Assembly: GCA_963811165.1 (NCBI GenBank)
Contig: CAWEQH010000010.1
Coordinates: 992,001 to 1,056,000, forward strand
Length of the DNA stretch: 64,000 nt
Source of the DNA: an uncultured Nitrospiraceae bacterium
GTDB taxonomy: Bacteria; Nitrospirota; Thermodesulfovibrionia; Thermodesulfovibrionales; UBA6898
Direction of reading: 5' to 3'
In this document: one piece after another, positions 50,959-60,943 of the stretch
Layout: each line of letters begins with the position of its first letter
Position numbering within the stretch: position 1 is the first letter of the stretch
Translations under genes and position numbers: made by a program
The notes under the pieces: model-generated
Told to the model about the DNA's origin: nothing
Seen by the model: only the letters and a program-made list of their open reading frames with translations
The model's database searches: none

Positions 50959-51803
50959 TTCCGGCAAGCCGGAACTAAAATGCGCCGTGAAAACTTGAAG
51001 GCGCACGAAATCAGGAAGAGAATTGTTGCGAAGGACTGCGTGAATACGGTGATTATTCCGATGGCGTTGCTTCGAGAGGAGGCATGCGTTTCCTTAAAAA
51101 GACCGTTTTCGAAAGTTATTTAATTACGACTCATTACGATTCACGCTCGGGTAGACCATGTGATTGCCGAAAGTACAAATATGATAAGTCTTCCCGCACG
51201 TCGGTTTGTCCGTGTAACAATGCCGAAGAGCTTTTCTATTTCGACTTAATTATGCCACACGTAACTTCCCCCGGTCAGGTTCTCACCAACGCGGTTGTTT
51301 CCGGAAATAACTGTGTATCTATAGTAGAAATGATACGGGCTCAGTTACAAGAAAGGAACGAAAAAAGTTGTCTGACTTTTAAGCATGCCCTCTTCCCGGC
51401 ACAATTCGGGGCGAAATCTATCAGTTAGTTCTATTGATCTGAACGACTCTCGGTCCTCTCGATGCCTTCCTGTAAAGCGCACTTTAAGATTGCCGCAACT
51501 GTGTGCGGAGTACGCTTGTAAATGTAGCTCCACTGGATGTTAAGTTCTTCTAAGAATCCGCCCGCGAGAAAACGCAGCAAGGTGAGAACTTCTTGTTGCT
51601 CTCTCACTCCTGTTCATTTCTGAGGATAGTCACTTTTCAGTGGAAATAATTGTCATAGAATATCTACAGGAAGCGAAGTTCAGGAGCTTGCAATCTACCC
51701 ATCGAATTCCATGCGCGACCCCCTTTGACACCATAGGAAGAGCGTAATGACTTGTGCACGAAAATGATGATCAGCTAAAATTATACCAAGAGGTATCCAG
51801 ATT

Positions 51804-52565
51804 ATGAGTGTGTTACATTTATTGATTGTGGGATCGGCAGCCGTTGCAGGAGGTGCGGTGAATGCCCTCGCTGGCGGTGGAACACTTATTACATTTCCCA
51901 TGCTTACGGCTGTAGGCATTCCGGTTGTTGCCGCAAACATAACCAATACAGTGGCACTTTGTCCCGGCTATCTTGGCGCAACCTTTGCACAAATGAAGGA
52001 CCTGCGCGGACAATCTCTCCGTTTGTGGCTTCTTCTACCGGTCGGTGTGCTTGGAGGGATTGGCGGAGGGATTATACTCCTTCACACGGATAATCAAATC
52101 TTTAGAAAAATTGTGCCCTATCTGATCATTATGGCCGTTGTCCTTATGGCCGTCCAGGATAGAGTGCGGTCATGGCTCACTCGCAGCGCAGGCAAATCAG
52201 AAAAGGTTACGTTACACGATGCATGGTCGATATTTCCGATTCTTCCTGCCGCTATTTATGGTGGCTACTTCGGGGCCGGCGTAAGCGTGATAGTCATAGC
52301 AGCGCTCGGAGTTGTTATAGAAGACTCATTTACACGCCTCAATGCCCTCAAGCAGGCGCTCTCGTTCAGCATTAACATTGCGGCCGCAATCTTTTTTTTG
52401 TTTTCCGGACAAGTAGTATGGTCAGCGGCGCTTATCATGGCTGTAGGGGCACTCGCCGGCGGGGCATTAGGGGGCAGGCTGGCCGGACGGATCAGTCCCT
52501 CAATGCTGAGGCGCATTGTAATCGTAATAGGTTCTGTAGTAGCCGCGATTTATATGATCCGTTAG
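51804..52565 (+). CDS. TauE/SafE family permease
   Basis: NALAGGGTLITFP, YGGYFGAG and NALK motifs. Confidence 0.9.
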   Translation: MSVLHLLIVGSAAVAGGAVNALAGGGTLITFPMLTAVGIPVVAANITNTVALCPGYLGATFAQMKDLRGQSLRLWLLLPVGVLGGIGGGIILLHTDNQIFRKIVPYLIIMAVVLMAVQDRVRSWLTRSAGKSEKVTLHDAWSIFPILPAAIYGGYFGAGVSVIVIAALGVVIEDSFTRLNALKQALSFSINIAAAIFFLFSGQVVWSAALIMAVGALAGGALGGRLAGRISPSMLRRIVIVIGSVVAAIYMIR

Positions 52566-52959
52566 GCGGGCCGGCCGCATCTCGTACAAAGATGAATAGC
52601 TACCATTGATTCATGTCACTCGTTTACCTGACTTATGCGGCAGATCTAAGACATACCTCCTTAGTTCCTCGGAAACATTTGATACGCGTCAGCAACTTTA
52701 AATTCAGTCTGCATCAGATTGTTAGGCTGACTTCCATATGTACACCGCAAGCTACTTGTGACATATTATTACCGAACTCTGCGGTCAATCCATTGTGCAA
52801 CTAATACGTAGTTGTCGGTGCAGCCGTCAAAATAATCGTCTCAGATGCGGGGCAAAACATGCTGCGGCCAATCGTGCGGCCTTTTACACTCTATAACTTT
52901 CTGAAGACCACACCCCTCTCATCTGCTATAATTCGCTATATCACTATCGGAAACCATCA

Positions 52960-54075
52960 ATGTCTTCAGAAGGGGGGATGCCTTGGATGTTTATCATGAA
53001 AGAGTTTTATCTGTTCGGAATGGTCATGGTTGCTTCAACTGTTTTGGGTTTGAATGCATGGGCTGAGATGCCGAAAATTACGGGCAACCCGGTCATCGAT
53101 ACCCCGCAGCTGCTGGATTGGCCGGCTGACCAGGGGATTGTTACTCCTAACTTAAACGATCCGACCTCAAATACTTTATTTGACTTGCACGGCATTATCT
53201 CGTCCTGCGACCTGGTGCTTTCCACGGAGGGAAACTACCACCCCGCCCTGCGTGACGTATGGCCGCTTTTTCTGGAAAAATTCAAGGACCGGCCGCTCCA
53301 TAACTGCTTTTATACCACGAGTCCGCCGATTGTTATTGAGCAGATTAAGAATCATACACTGGAGTTAGGAAATCTGTATATCACCTGTATACCATCGGTT
53401 GCCGTTGCATCGAGGCTCGTCATGGATAAATTGATTCAAGCAGGATATGCTGACGGACCTGTTTACCCGCTCTACCGGGATCGCGGCGCGGTAATTCTGG
53501 TTAAGAAAGGGAATCCGAAAGAGATTCGTTCCGTCTGGGACCTCGGGCGTAAAGACGTGCGGTTTGTGACGCCGAATCCGAAGTTGGAGCCTGGCGCGTT
53601 CGAGAATTATCTCACTACCTTATACGGCATCGCGGTTCACGACAAGAAGCCCCCGAAACAGATGTCTGCTGAAGAACTGATTAACAATATTTTTAACAAT
53701 GCCGACGGTGATTCTTACAAATGGCTGGCCGGCGCACGCATCCATCACCGCGATCTCCCCTGGTCTGTCGCTTATGGCAAGGCGGATGCCGCAATAATTC
53801 TCTACCATCTGGGGTTGTTCACCCTGCAGACATTTCCAGACATATTTGATATCGTACCGCTCGGCGGCACGATTGATGATCCGCATCCGCTGGAAGGAAC
53901 AATGATCAGCACACGTTTCGTGGTCCGCGTCAAGGGAAATTGGTCGGCACTGCAGCTCGAAGCCAGGGAAAAACTGGTTGAGACGCTCTTGTCGGGCGAC
54001 TTTTCGAAGATACTTAAAATGCGCGGCCTCTATCGGCCCGAAGGGTTCACACCGATAGAAGGTGGAGAGAAGTAG
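52960..54075 (+). CDS. Stand-alone periplasmic substrate-binding protein (ModA/SBP_bac_11-like)
   Basis: Signal peptide (true start possibly 52987 or 52996); LV.KGNPK.I..V.DL.R.DVR, IHHR..P..V..G.AD motifs. Confidence 0.7.
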   Translation: MSSEGGMPWMFIMKEFYLFGMVMVASTVLGLNAWAEMPKITGNPVIDTPQLLDWPADQGIVTPNLNDPTSNTLFDLHGIISSCDLVLSTEGNYHPALRDVWPLFLEKFKDRPLHNCFYTTSPPIVIEQIKNHTLELGNLYITCIPSVAVASRLVMDKLIQAGYADGPVYPLYRDRGAVILVKKGNPKEIRSVWDLGRKDVRFVTPNPKLEPGAFENYLTTLYGIAVHDKKPPKQMSAEELINNIFNNADGDSYKWLAGARIHHRDLPWSVAYGKADAAIILYHLGLFTLQTFPDIFDIVPLGGTIDDPHPLEGTMISTRFVVRVKGNWSALQLEAREKLVETLLSGDFSKILKMRGLYRPEGFTPIEGGEK

Positions 54076-54100
54076 TTCCTATGACTACGACGCGAATCCC

Positions 54101-54823
54101 TCATTTGCCTTCCTGAATTCCAGCCTTTCTCCCGATAGTTTTCACAAATTCCTCTGTCGTCACCACCGTAGCCTGTCGAGGAAAGACCTTCTCTGTCAAC
54201 ACACGCTGAACCTCTTTATCCATATCGGCGCAGGCATCGGAAATAACAAAGAGCTTGTAGTCCATGTCAGCAGCCCAACGCACGGTGGAAAGGACTACTC
54301 CGCTTGAGGCGATGCCAAATAATACGAGCGTATCAATATTTTTAGCACGTAGGATCGTTTCTAAATCGGTGGAGGTGAAGGCTCCCACGCGGCGCTTGGT
54401 AACCACTATGTCGCCCGGCTGAGCTGCGACCTTGGGATGTATCTCGGCTCCCGGAGTGCCTTCGCGCAAGCGTCCGGATTCTTTGAGGCCGGCAAAAAGC
54501 TTGTTCTGCAGACTGATCTCGGGGAAGCCGTCCCGAAACCGAACGACGACATAGATGACAGGCAGACCTGCTTTGCGCGCTTCCTTGAGGATGGCACCAG
54601 CATTCTCCAAAAGAGGTGTTTGTTCCTTCACCGGGAGCATGCCTACGATGTCGGTTTGGTAGTCCATAATCAGAACCGCGGTCCTGGCACTGTCAAAAGC
54701 AAGCTTGTCCTGCGTCTGAATCTTCTTCCCCTCTTGTCTGTCGGCAGCTAAAACTGGGGTGACCGATGAAATCAAAAACACAGCCAATAGGGCTACCGTC
54801 AATGAGATCCTGATGATGCGCAT
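54101..54823 (-). CDS. Isochorismatase-like hydrolase with N-terminal signal peptide
   Basis: TAVLIMDYQ, VTKRRVGAF..TDL..IL, GIASSGVVLST and DACAD motifs. Confidence 0.85.
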   Translation of the reverse strand: MRIIRISLTVALLAVFLISSVTPVLAADRQEGKKIQTQDKLAFDSARTAVLIMDYQTDIVGMLPVKEQTPLLENAGAILKEARKAGLPVIYVVVRFRDGFPEISLQNKLFAGLKESGRLREGTPGAEIHPKVAAQPGDIVVTKRRVGAFTSTDLETILRAKNIDTLVLFGIASSGVVLSTVRWAADMDYKLFVISDACADMDKEVQRVLTEKVFPRQATVVTTEEFVKTIGRKAGIQEGK

Positions 54824-55322
54824 GGATTTGTCCTCCTTCTATTTGAAACAACATATCTTGTTTCGATGTAGTCCTCTTATAACATCTATGAGCAAATGAT
54901 TTTAATCTCTCCTCTTCCATAGCAGTTTAGCATTATTTTGTTGCATCAATCGTTTTTTTTCGAATGCTTCCTCCGCACAATCAGCCACCATATCAGACAT
55001 GCTGATTTCTTTCGGAATCAAATGCTGTGAAGAGCGGCCATCCATCATGGCGCCCCCTTCGCCTAAATGGGCACCCCCCTAGACTATCCCCCCGGATTGT
55101 GCTATAAATCAACCGGTATGTAAGGGTTTGTATAACCGTGTATTAACCGCCTTATCCCAACAGGGAGTAGTTTTGTGGCGGTTCTTGACAGAGACAGCCG
55201 GGCAGCCAAAGGACAGGGTCTTTGGGACACCCAGCTTTTTATCTGACTTGTTTTCGGGGGACAGATGTGATCCGTCAATTCAAGACAGGTTCTCCCGCAT
55301 TACTGAAAGGAGGTACGGGGAG

Positions 55323-56375
55323 ATGAAACAGAAAGGGTTGCTCATTTGTTTGTTCGTTGTCGTGGTCACAATGATGAGTGCAGGGAACGCCTCCGCGCTC
55401 ATAAATCTGTTTTGCGATCCGTTCGGTTGCCAGGTCGACGCTGCCATGATCGCGGACACTGCCAGGGGGCTCTCATGCACCGGGTGCGTGACGTCTACGA
55501 TGATACAGAATATGCCGCTGAGCCTGAGCGTAGGCAGCACGAATCCGATCATCTCAGCAACAAACACGAACTCCACGCAGGATGCAACAGGAGTGCTTGG
55601 GTATGCAAAGGCAACGAGCGGAAACACTAGGGGCGTTTCAGGCTTGAGCGATTCCATCGCAGGCATAGGCGTGCTTGGGCATACAACTGCAACGACAGGA
55701 ATCAACGCAGGCGTTTCAGGCGAGAGCGATTCCAACTCAGGCACAGGCGTGTTTGGGCAAACACCTGCGACGACAGGAAACACCACAGGTGTTTCAGGCG
55801 AGAGCTACTCCATCTCAGGCACAGGCGTGTTTGGGCATGCACCTGCAACGACAGGAAACACCACGGGCGTTTCAGGCGAGAGCGATTCCATCTCAGGCAT
55901 AGGCGTGTTTGGGCATGCACCTGCAACGACAGGAAACACCACAGGCGTTTCAGGACAGAGCAATTCCCCCAGCGGTTATGGGGGCCACTTCGAGAACTCT
56001 AACGGTGGTAAGGCCCTCGGGGCACAGGTGAACTCCACGGAAGTCATGGACGTTGACCTCAACGGCGTGCACGCGGGGCCCGGCATGACACCGACACCTA
56101 TTGCGCACGGCTTCTTCGACAATGTATCTGGCTCCCGTCTATCCGGCAGCAGCAACATCACGTGCTCATGGGACAGTGCCAACCTTTGGTACGCCTGCAC
56201 GATCTCGGGCGAGAACTTCTACTTTCAGTCATACACGGTCAACGTGACGCCGACTTCGCTGGCCATCCCTGTCACCGGTAGCGCGAATAACCAGTTGCTC
56301 GTACAGTTTTACGATATATTTGGTACGCGGGTGAAGCCCGGAAGCGGCTTTTCAGTTACGGTATTTAAGCAGTAG
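55323..56375 (+). CDS. Secreted Gly/Ser/Thr-rich repeat protein, adhesin- or fibre-like
   Basis: AGGAGG RBS, signal peptide, Cys-containing N-terminus, five 26-aa repeats and a C-terminal beta-rich domain. Confidence 0.8.
   Translation: MKQKGLLICLFVVVVTMMSAGNASALINLFCDPFGCQVDAAMIADTARGLSCTGCVTSTMIQNMPLSLSVGSTNPIISATNTNSTQDATGVLGYAKATSGNTRGVSGLSDSIAGIGVLGHTTATTGINAGVSGESDSNSGTGVFGQTPATTGNTTGVSGESYSISGTGVFGHAPATTGNTTGVSGESDSISGIGVFGHAPATTGNTTGVSGQSNSPSGYGGHFENSNGGKALGAQVNSTEVMDVDLNGVHAGPGMTPTPIAHGFFDNVSGSRLSGSSNITCSWDSANLWYACTISGENFYFQSYTVNVTPTSLAIPVTGSANNQLLVQFYDIFGTRVKPGSGFSVTVFKQ
55587..55976 (+). repeat. Five tandem 78-bp coding repeats
   Basis: Unit approximately TGVFGHAPATTGNTTGVSGESDSISG; the last three copies are nearly identical in DNA. 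Confidence 0.92.
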
Positions 56376-56810
56376 GGAATCTGACAACTGGCAAGTTTGA
56401 AAGACAAGCCATTTGAGACGGACAACGCAGGGAACGCCCAATTTCCCCAGGGGGCGATGGATGCAAATCGCCATATGGGCGCAATTCGACGGCACTCCCG
56501 CTAAATCTGGGCGAATCCCTATAGCCGGTAGGATTGCAGATGGGCGGGCCGTTTCGGTTCGCCCGGTTTGTTTCGATAATCCGCAAGAGTCCCCTTGGTT
56601 TTGCACTCAAGACTTGTCAGTAATCGGCAAATTGTCCCTGCGCATTTCCGACAACAAACAACAATACGATCAGTCGGCCAGCCGGTTCCGGCTCCTGTGC
56701 GCATCATTATCGCCCACTCATCGCTGAAGCGTTTGTTTGTGAGCGCAGCCCAAGGGCCCGACCCATGTTCCCTGTGCTGATGACACCAAACGCATATCCC
56801 CTTCTTATAG

Positions 56811-57191
<381 letters not shown>

Positions 57192-57213
57192 ATCTGCTCC
57201 TTTTTTCGGGATA

Positions 57214-57678
57214 TCATATCCACTCTTCCTTTACTATTTCACCCTGAATTCCGACCACTGCGTACTTGATCGGGACTTTTCTTACGGAATCCCGGGCGGC
57301 TTGTTGCGCAATTCTCAAAAGACCCGAACAGCACGGTACCTGCATGATGAGAATCGTCAGGGTATTTATCCTGGCCTCATCGATCCAGCTCTTTATCTTT
57401 TCATAATAAACTTCCTGCTCGGAATCGAGTTTGGGACACGCGATGGCAACTGATTTCCCTCTGAGGTAATCGGAATGAAAATTACCCATTGCATATGCGA
57501 CGCAGTCGGCGGTGAGAAGCACATCCGCGCCTTGGTAATAAGGGGCAGTCGGTGAAACCAGGTGCAGTTGAACCGGCCACTGTCTGAGCTGGGAACTGAT
57601 TTTTGCGGTGGACGCATTATTTTCATTGCCGATTGTTCTCAAATCCGCCATCGTTGATCCTGGGCATCCTTTAAACAT
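57214..57678 (-). CDS. Cys-rich Fe-S protein matching the C-terminal domain of Hcp-associated ferredoxins
   Basis: GCPG, SQLRQWPVQLHLV, ADC, ACPKLD and VPCC motifs. No N-terminal 4Fe-4S domain. Confidence 0.75.
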   Translation of the reverse strand: MFKGCPGSTMADLRTIGNENNASTAKISSQLRQWPVQLHLVSPTAPYYQGADVLLTADCVAYAMGNFHSDYLRGKSVAIACPKLDSEQEVYYEKIKSWIDEARINTLTILIMQVPCCSGLLRIAQQAARDSVRKVPIKYAVVGIQGEIVKEEWI

Positions 57679-58474
57679 TTATCATTTCCTCCTTATACTT
57701 GATGATTTCTTCCATTTCTTTTACAAACTTCTCCTGATGTGAGGAGACCTCCCTGAATTGCATGTCGGTCGCCGCGAATTGGGAGAAGAGCTGTCCGACC
57801 TGGGACATAGAAAGTTTTTCGTCCATCCAAGGGTAGAGCACCTCGTCTTCTTTCTTTATGTGCGCGGTGAGAAGTTCACGGTAGGCCAAGAGATGGGCCG
57901 TTATTTCCTCGTTGTCATTCTCTTCGATCGCCTCGAGCACAGCCTTAACGTGGCCTCTGCCAATCTTGTGCTCCTGATTCATCGCTTTAAGAATCTCGAG
58001 ATCTGAATCGAAGAGCCCGAAGAGAATATCTTCCTCTTTCGCGTGATGGAATTTATCCGCATAAGAACGGATGAAGCCTACAACGCCCAGGATTCTCCTC
58101 CTGTCTTCCCCGATCGAAACATCAAGGCCCTCCAGAATGCTCGGGATAAGGGCGAGCATCCTCTTGATGACCGAATGTTCGTCCACCAGCGATTGCATCG
58201 GCGGGGAATATTTAAAAGTTTCTTTTCTGGCACCTGTCTTTCTCTTTATCGTCGGTATCTCCACCCGCCTGCCCGGAAATATAATTTCAGCCATCCGGGT
58301 CAATAAATCACGTTCCTGCTCGCAGGAGAGCCCGTGGACTTCCACAACATCCTTCAAAAGACAGGTCCCGACACTGCATGTAATACAGGAGATCCCCCCG
58401 GCAGAGAGGATCTCGCCTACCTCTGGGTGCTCTGTAATCACTTCTTTGATTCCCTTCGACAAGTATTGCTCCAT
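57671..58474 (-). CDS. Hemerythrin-domain protein with N-terminal CxxCx4C domain
   Basis: CITCSVGTC; EH..I, HHAKEE..LF, EH..GR and HIKKED..LYP motifs. Confidence 0.88.
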   Translation of the reverse strand: MEQYLSKGIKEVITEHPEVGEILSAGGISCITCSVGTCLLKDVVEVHGLSCEQERDLLTRMAEIIFPGRRVEIPTIKRKTGARKETFKYSPPMQSLVDEHSVIKRMLALIPSILEGLDVSIGEDRRRILGVVGFIRSYADKFHHAKEEDILFGLFDSDLEILKAMNQEHKIGRGHVKAVLEAIEENDNEEITAHLLAYRELLTAHIKKEDEVLYPWMDEKLSMSQVGQLFSQFAATDMQFREVSSHQEKFVKEMEEIIKYKEEMINV

Positions 58475-58539
58475 TTTTTTCCTCCTAAGCAATTTATTCA
58501 AGTGTATGGTCCAGTTTATGATGCCGGAGAAATTCGTGC

Positions 58540-58555
58540 TATGACGTATGTCATA
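58540..58555 (-). promoter_or_regulatory. CRP/FNR-family-like box TATGAC-N4-GTCATA
   Basis: Perfect palindrome whose centre is 29.5 bp from a TAAACT -10 hexamer on the minus strand (58513-58518), which is class II geometry. Confidence 0.65.
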
Positions 58556-58835
58556 ATTGCCTCATTCTTTTTGGAATCGCCCGCCACTGCTGGGTTTTAT
58601 CCATTACGACTCCACCGCAATGGGATTTTGTACTGTTTGGAAAATGCATTTCCTCAAAAGAAGGCAGAAATACCGTCATATAAATTCAAGCCGTTGCAAA
58701 TCCATAGAGGTAACTTTCTTTTTTGCAACAGAACTATCCTGATTGCATGTATAATCTGAAATATATTGAGTTTAGCGGGCGTCAAATGAATACCGGTTCC
58801 AAAAGCTTATTCTTTTACCTGAAAGGAGACAGAAA

Positions 58836-60263
58836 ATGAATATTGCCCCGAAGACAAAAGTGAATGAGCTTCTTGCTAAATACGAATTCCTCAAGGACTT
58901 TCTGATAAATATGGACCCTCACTTCAAGGCGCTCGACAACCCGCTGCTGAGAAAGACACTCGGAAAGGTGGCAACCTTGAGCAAGGTTGCCATGGTGGGT
59001 GGTGTAGACATCAATAAACTCCTGAGCGGGATAGCGCAGGAGATTAAGAAGCAGACAGGAGAAGATATCACCATAGATGGAGAGGACAGGCCTGTGGTGA
59101 TAACAGACCCTGAACAGAGGATTGTAGCGCTTAAGGAGATCATAGAGGACCTGCACAGGGGAGTTGAAATCAAGGTCTTGAAGAAACGGTTCCTCGAACT
59201 CATCAGGGATGTTGCGCCCACTGAGATTGCGCATATGGAACAGCGGCTCATCAGTGAAGGTATGCCTGAGGAAGAGGTCAAAAGACTCTGCGACGTCCAT
59301 GTGGAGGTATTCAGGGAATCTTTGGAGGATAAGGTCGTGCCGGGTTTACCTGCAGGCCATCCCGTGCATACCTACATGCTCGAAAATCGCAAAGCAGAGG
59401 CCATTTTAGGCCGAATACAGGCAGTGCATGATATACAGAAAGAAAGAGAACAGCTTGCGGGATTTCTTGAGACCCTCTCTGACATAAACCTGCATTACGT
59501 CAGGAAGGAAAACCAGCTTTTCCCGATACTTGAGGTCCACGGCGTCTCGGGCCCCTCAAAAGTCATGTGGGCTCTTCATGACGATATACGCCAAATGCTC
59601 AAAGAGGTCACAGCCAGGGTCGGGGAAGGAACATCAACACCAAAGGAGATTCAGGCCCTCATCCATATGGTCAATGACATGATCTACAAGGAGGAGCATA
59701 TACTCTTTCCTATGGCGCTTGAGACCCTTGGGGACAGTGACTGGGCAAAGGTGAGGGAAGGAGAAGAGGAGATAGGGTATGCGTGGGTCCAGCCGCCAGT
59801 AGTATGGAAGCCCGCATCAGAGCCCTATCAGGAGAATATCCCTGATGACAAGGTCGGCAGCCTTACGCTGGATACAGGCTTGCTGACAGCAGAGCAGATC
59901 AATCTCATGCTTATGCACCTGCCTGTTGACATATCATTCGTAGACGAAAATGATAAGGTCGCCTATTACTCCCAGACGGAGGACAGGATATTTCCGCGCA
60001 GTCCGGGAATCATCGGCAGGAGTGTTCAGAACTGCCATCCGCCCAGGAGCGTACATGTTGTTGAGAAGATCCTGCAGGAGTTCAAGGCAGGCAACAGAGA
60101 CAGCGCTGAGTTCTGGATACAGATGAAGGGCAGGTTCATCCATATACGATATTTCGCCGTGCACGACAACAGCGGCAAGTACAGGGGGACACTTGAGGTC
60201 AGCCAGGATGTCACGTCTATCAGGGGGCTGGAGGGAGATAAAAGACTCCTTGACTGGGACTGA
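58836..60263 (+). CDS. DUF438-family protein (DUF1858 + DUF438 + hemerythrin + PAS)
   Basis: EI..MEQ.L, LCDVH, GHPV, HY.RKEN.LFP, MIYKEE.ILFP and CHPP.S motifs. Confidence 0.9.
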   Translation: MNIAPKTKVNELLAKYEFLKDFLINMDPHFKALDNPLLRKTLGKVATLSKVAMVGGVDINKLLSGIAQEIKKQTGEDITIDGEDRPVVITDPEQRIVALKEIIEDLHRGVEIKVLKKRFLELIRDVAPTEIAHMEQRLISEGMPEEEVKRLCDVHVEVFRESLEDKVVPGLPAGHPVHTYMLENRKAEAILGRIQAVHDIQKEREQLAGFLETLSDINLHYVRKENQLFPILEVHGVSGPSKVMWALHDDIRQMLKEVTARVGEGTSTPKEIQALIHMVNDMIYKEEHILFPMALETLGDSDWAKVREGEEEIGYAWVQPPVVWKPASEPYQENIPDDKVGSLTLDTGLLTAEQINLMLMHLPVDISFVDENDKVAYYSQTEDRIFPRSPGIIGRSVQNCHPPRSVHVVEKILQEFKAGNRDSAEFWIQMKGRFIHIRYFAVHDNSGKYRGTLEVSQDVTSIRGLEGDKRLLDWD

Positions 60264-60307
60264 GGAACAATACAGATAAGACAAGAAATAGCTCTTTACC
60301 AGTGGGC

Positions 60308-60327
60308 GGCATGATGTAGCTCATGCC
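60308..60327 (+). promoter_or_regulatory. Palindrome GGCATGA-N6-TCATGCC upstream of nrfH
   Basis: Same ATGA-N6-TCAT core as 58541-58554; TATAAT at 60343-60348. Confidence 0.5.
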
Positions 60328-60461
60328 TGAAATGACAGCTTGTATAATAATCCCGGCTTGATATACTGAAATTATAGGTTGGACCATACATATGAACTTT
60401 GCAGAATAAGCGAAGGTCATGCATTGAATCCCGGGCTATATTCTCACATGGGGGTGGAGAT

Positions 60462-60926
60462 ATGAGCACTGAAAAATCCAAAAAGGTCATTAAGTATCTT
60501 TTTATTTTTATAGTCGTCGGAACCACGATATTTTTCTTCCTGCTCCTGGGTCCGCCAAAGCTGCTTGCGAGGTCCGAGGCACCCATTTTCTGCGGGGGTT
60601 GCCACGTCATGGAATCGGAATTTGAGTCGTGGTCTCACGCGGGTGCGCACAGAAGAAAAAAATGCGTTGACTGCCATCTGCCAAACCATAATATGCTCAT
60701 TCACTACATCTGGAAGTCGATCGACGGAATGAAGGATGTGGGGTTCTTTTTCTCCGGTCTGGCGCCCGAGCGGATCAAAATCACAGAACACGGGAAAAAG
60801 GTCCTGCAGGCAAACTGCATCCGTTGCCATGAAACAACGGTAGATATGATAAACCAGGAACGACCGTGCTGGGATTGCCACAGGAGGATCGCACACACGC
60901 GCACTGGTTCAATTTCAACATTATGA
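60462..60926 (+). CDS. nrfH: Cytochrome c nitrite reductase small subunit (tetraheme)
   Basis: TM anchor; CGGCH(VM), CVDCH(LP), CIRCH and CWDCH heme motifs. Confidence 0.93.
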   Translation: MSTEKSKKVIKYLFIFIVVGTTIFFFLLLGPPKLLARSEAPIFCGGCHVMESEFESWSHAGAHRRKKCVDCHLPNHNMLIHYIWKSIDGMKDVGFFFSGLAPERIKITEHGKKVLQANCIRCHETTVDMINQERPCWDCHRRIAHTRTGSISTL

Positions 60927-60943
60927 CAGAAAGGGGGTTTCCG

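Noticed and set aside
55587..55976. CRISPR array
   Set aside because: The repeats are contiguous, in-frame 78-bp coding units without unique spacers, and there are no cas genes.
56648..56745. Integron attC-like imperfect inverted repeat
   Set aside because: No proper RYYYAAC/GTTRRRY ends, no integrase and no cassette array.
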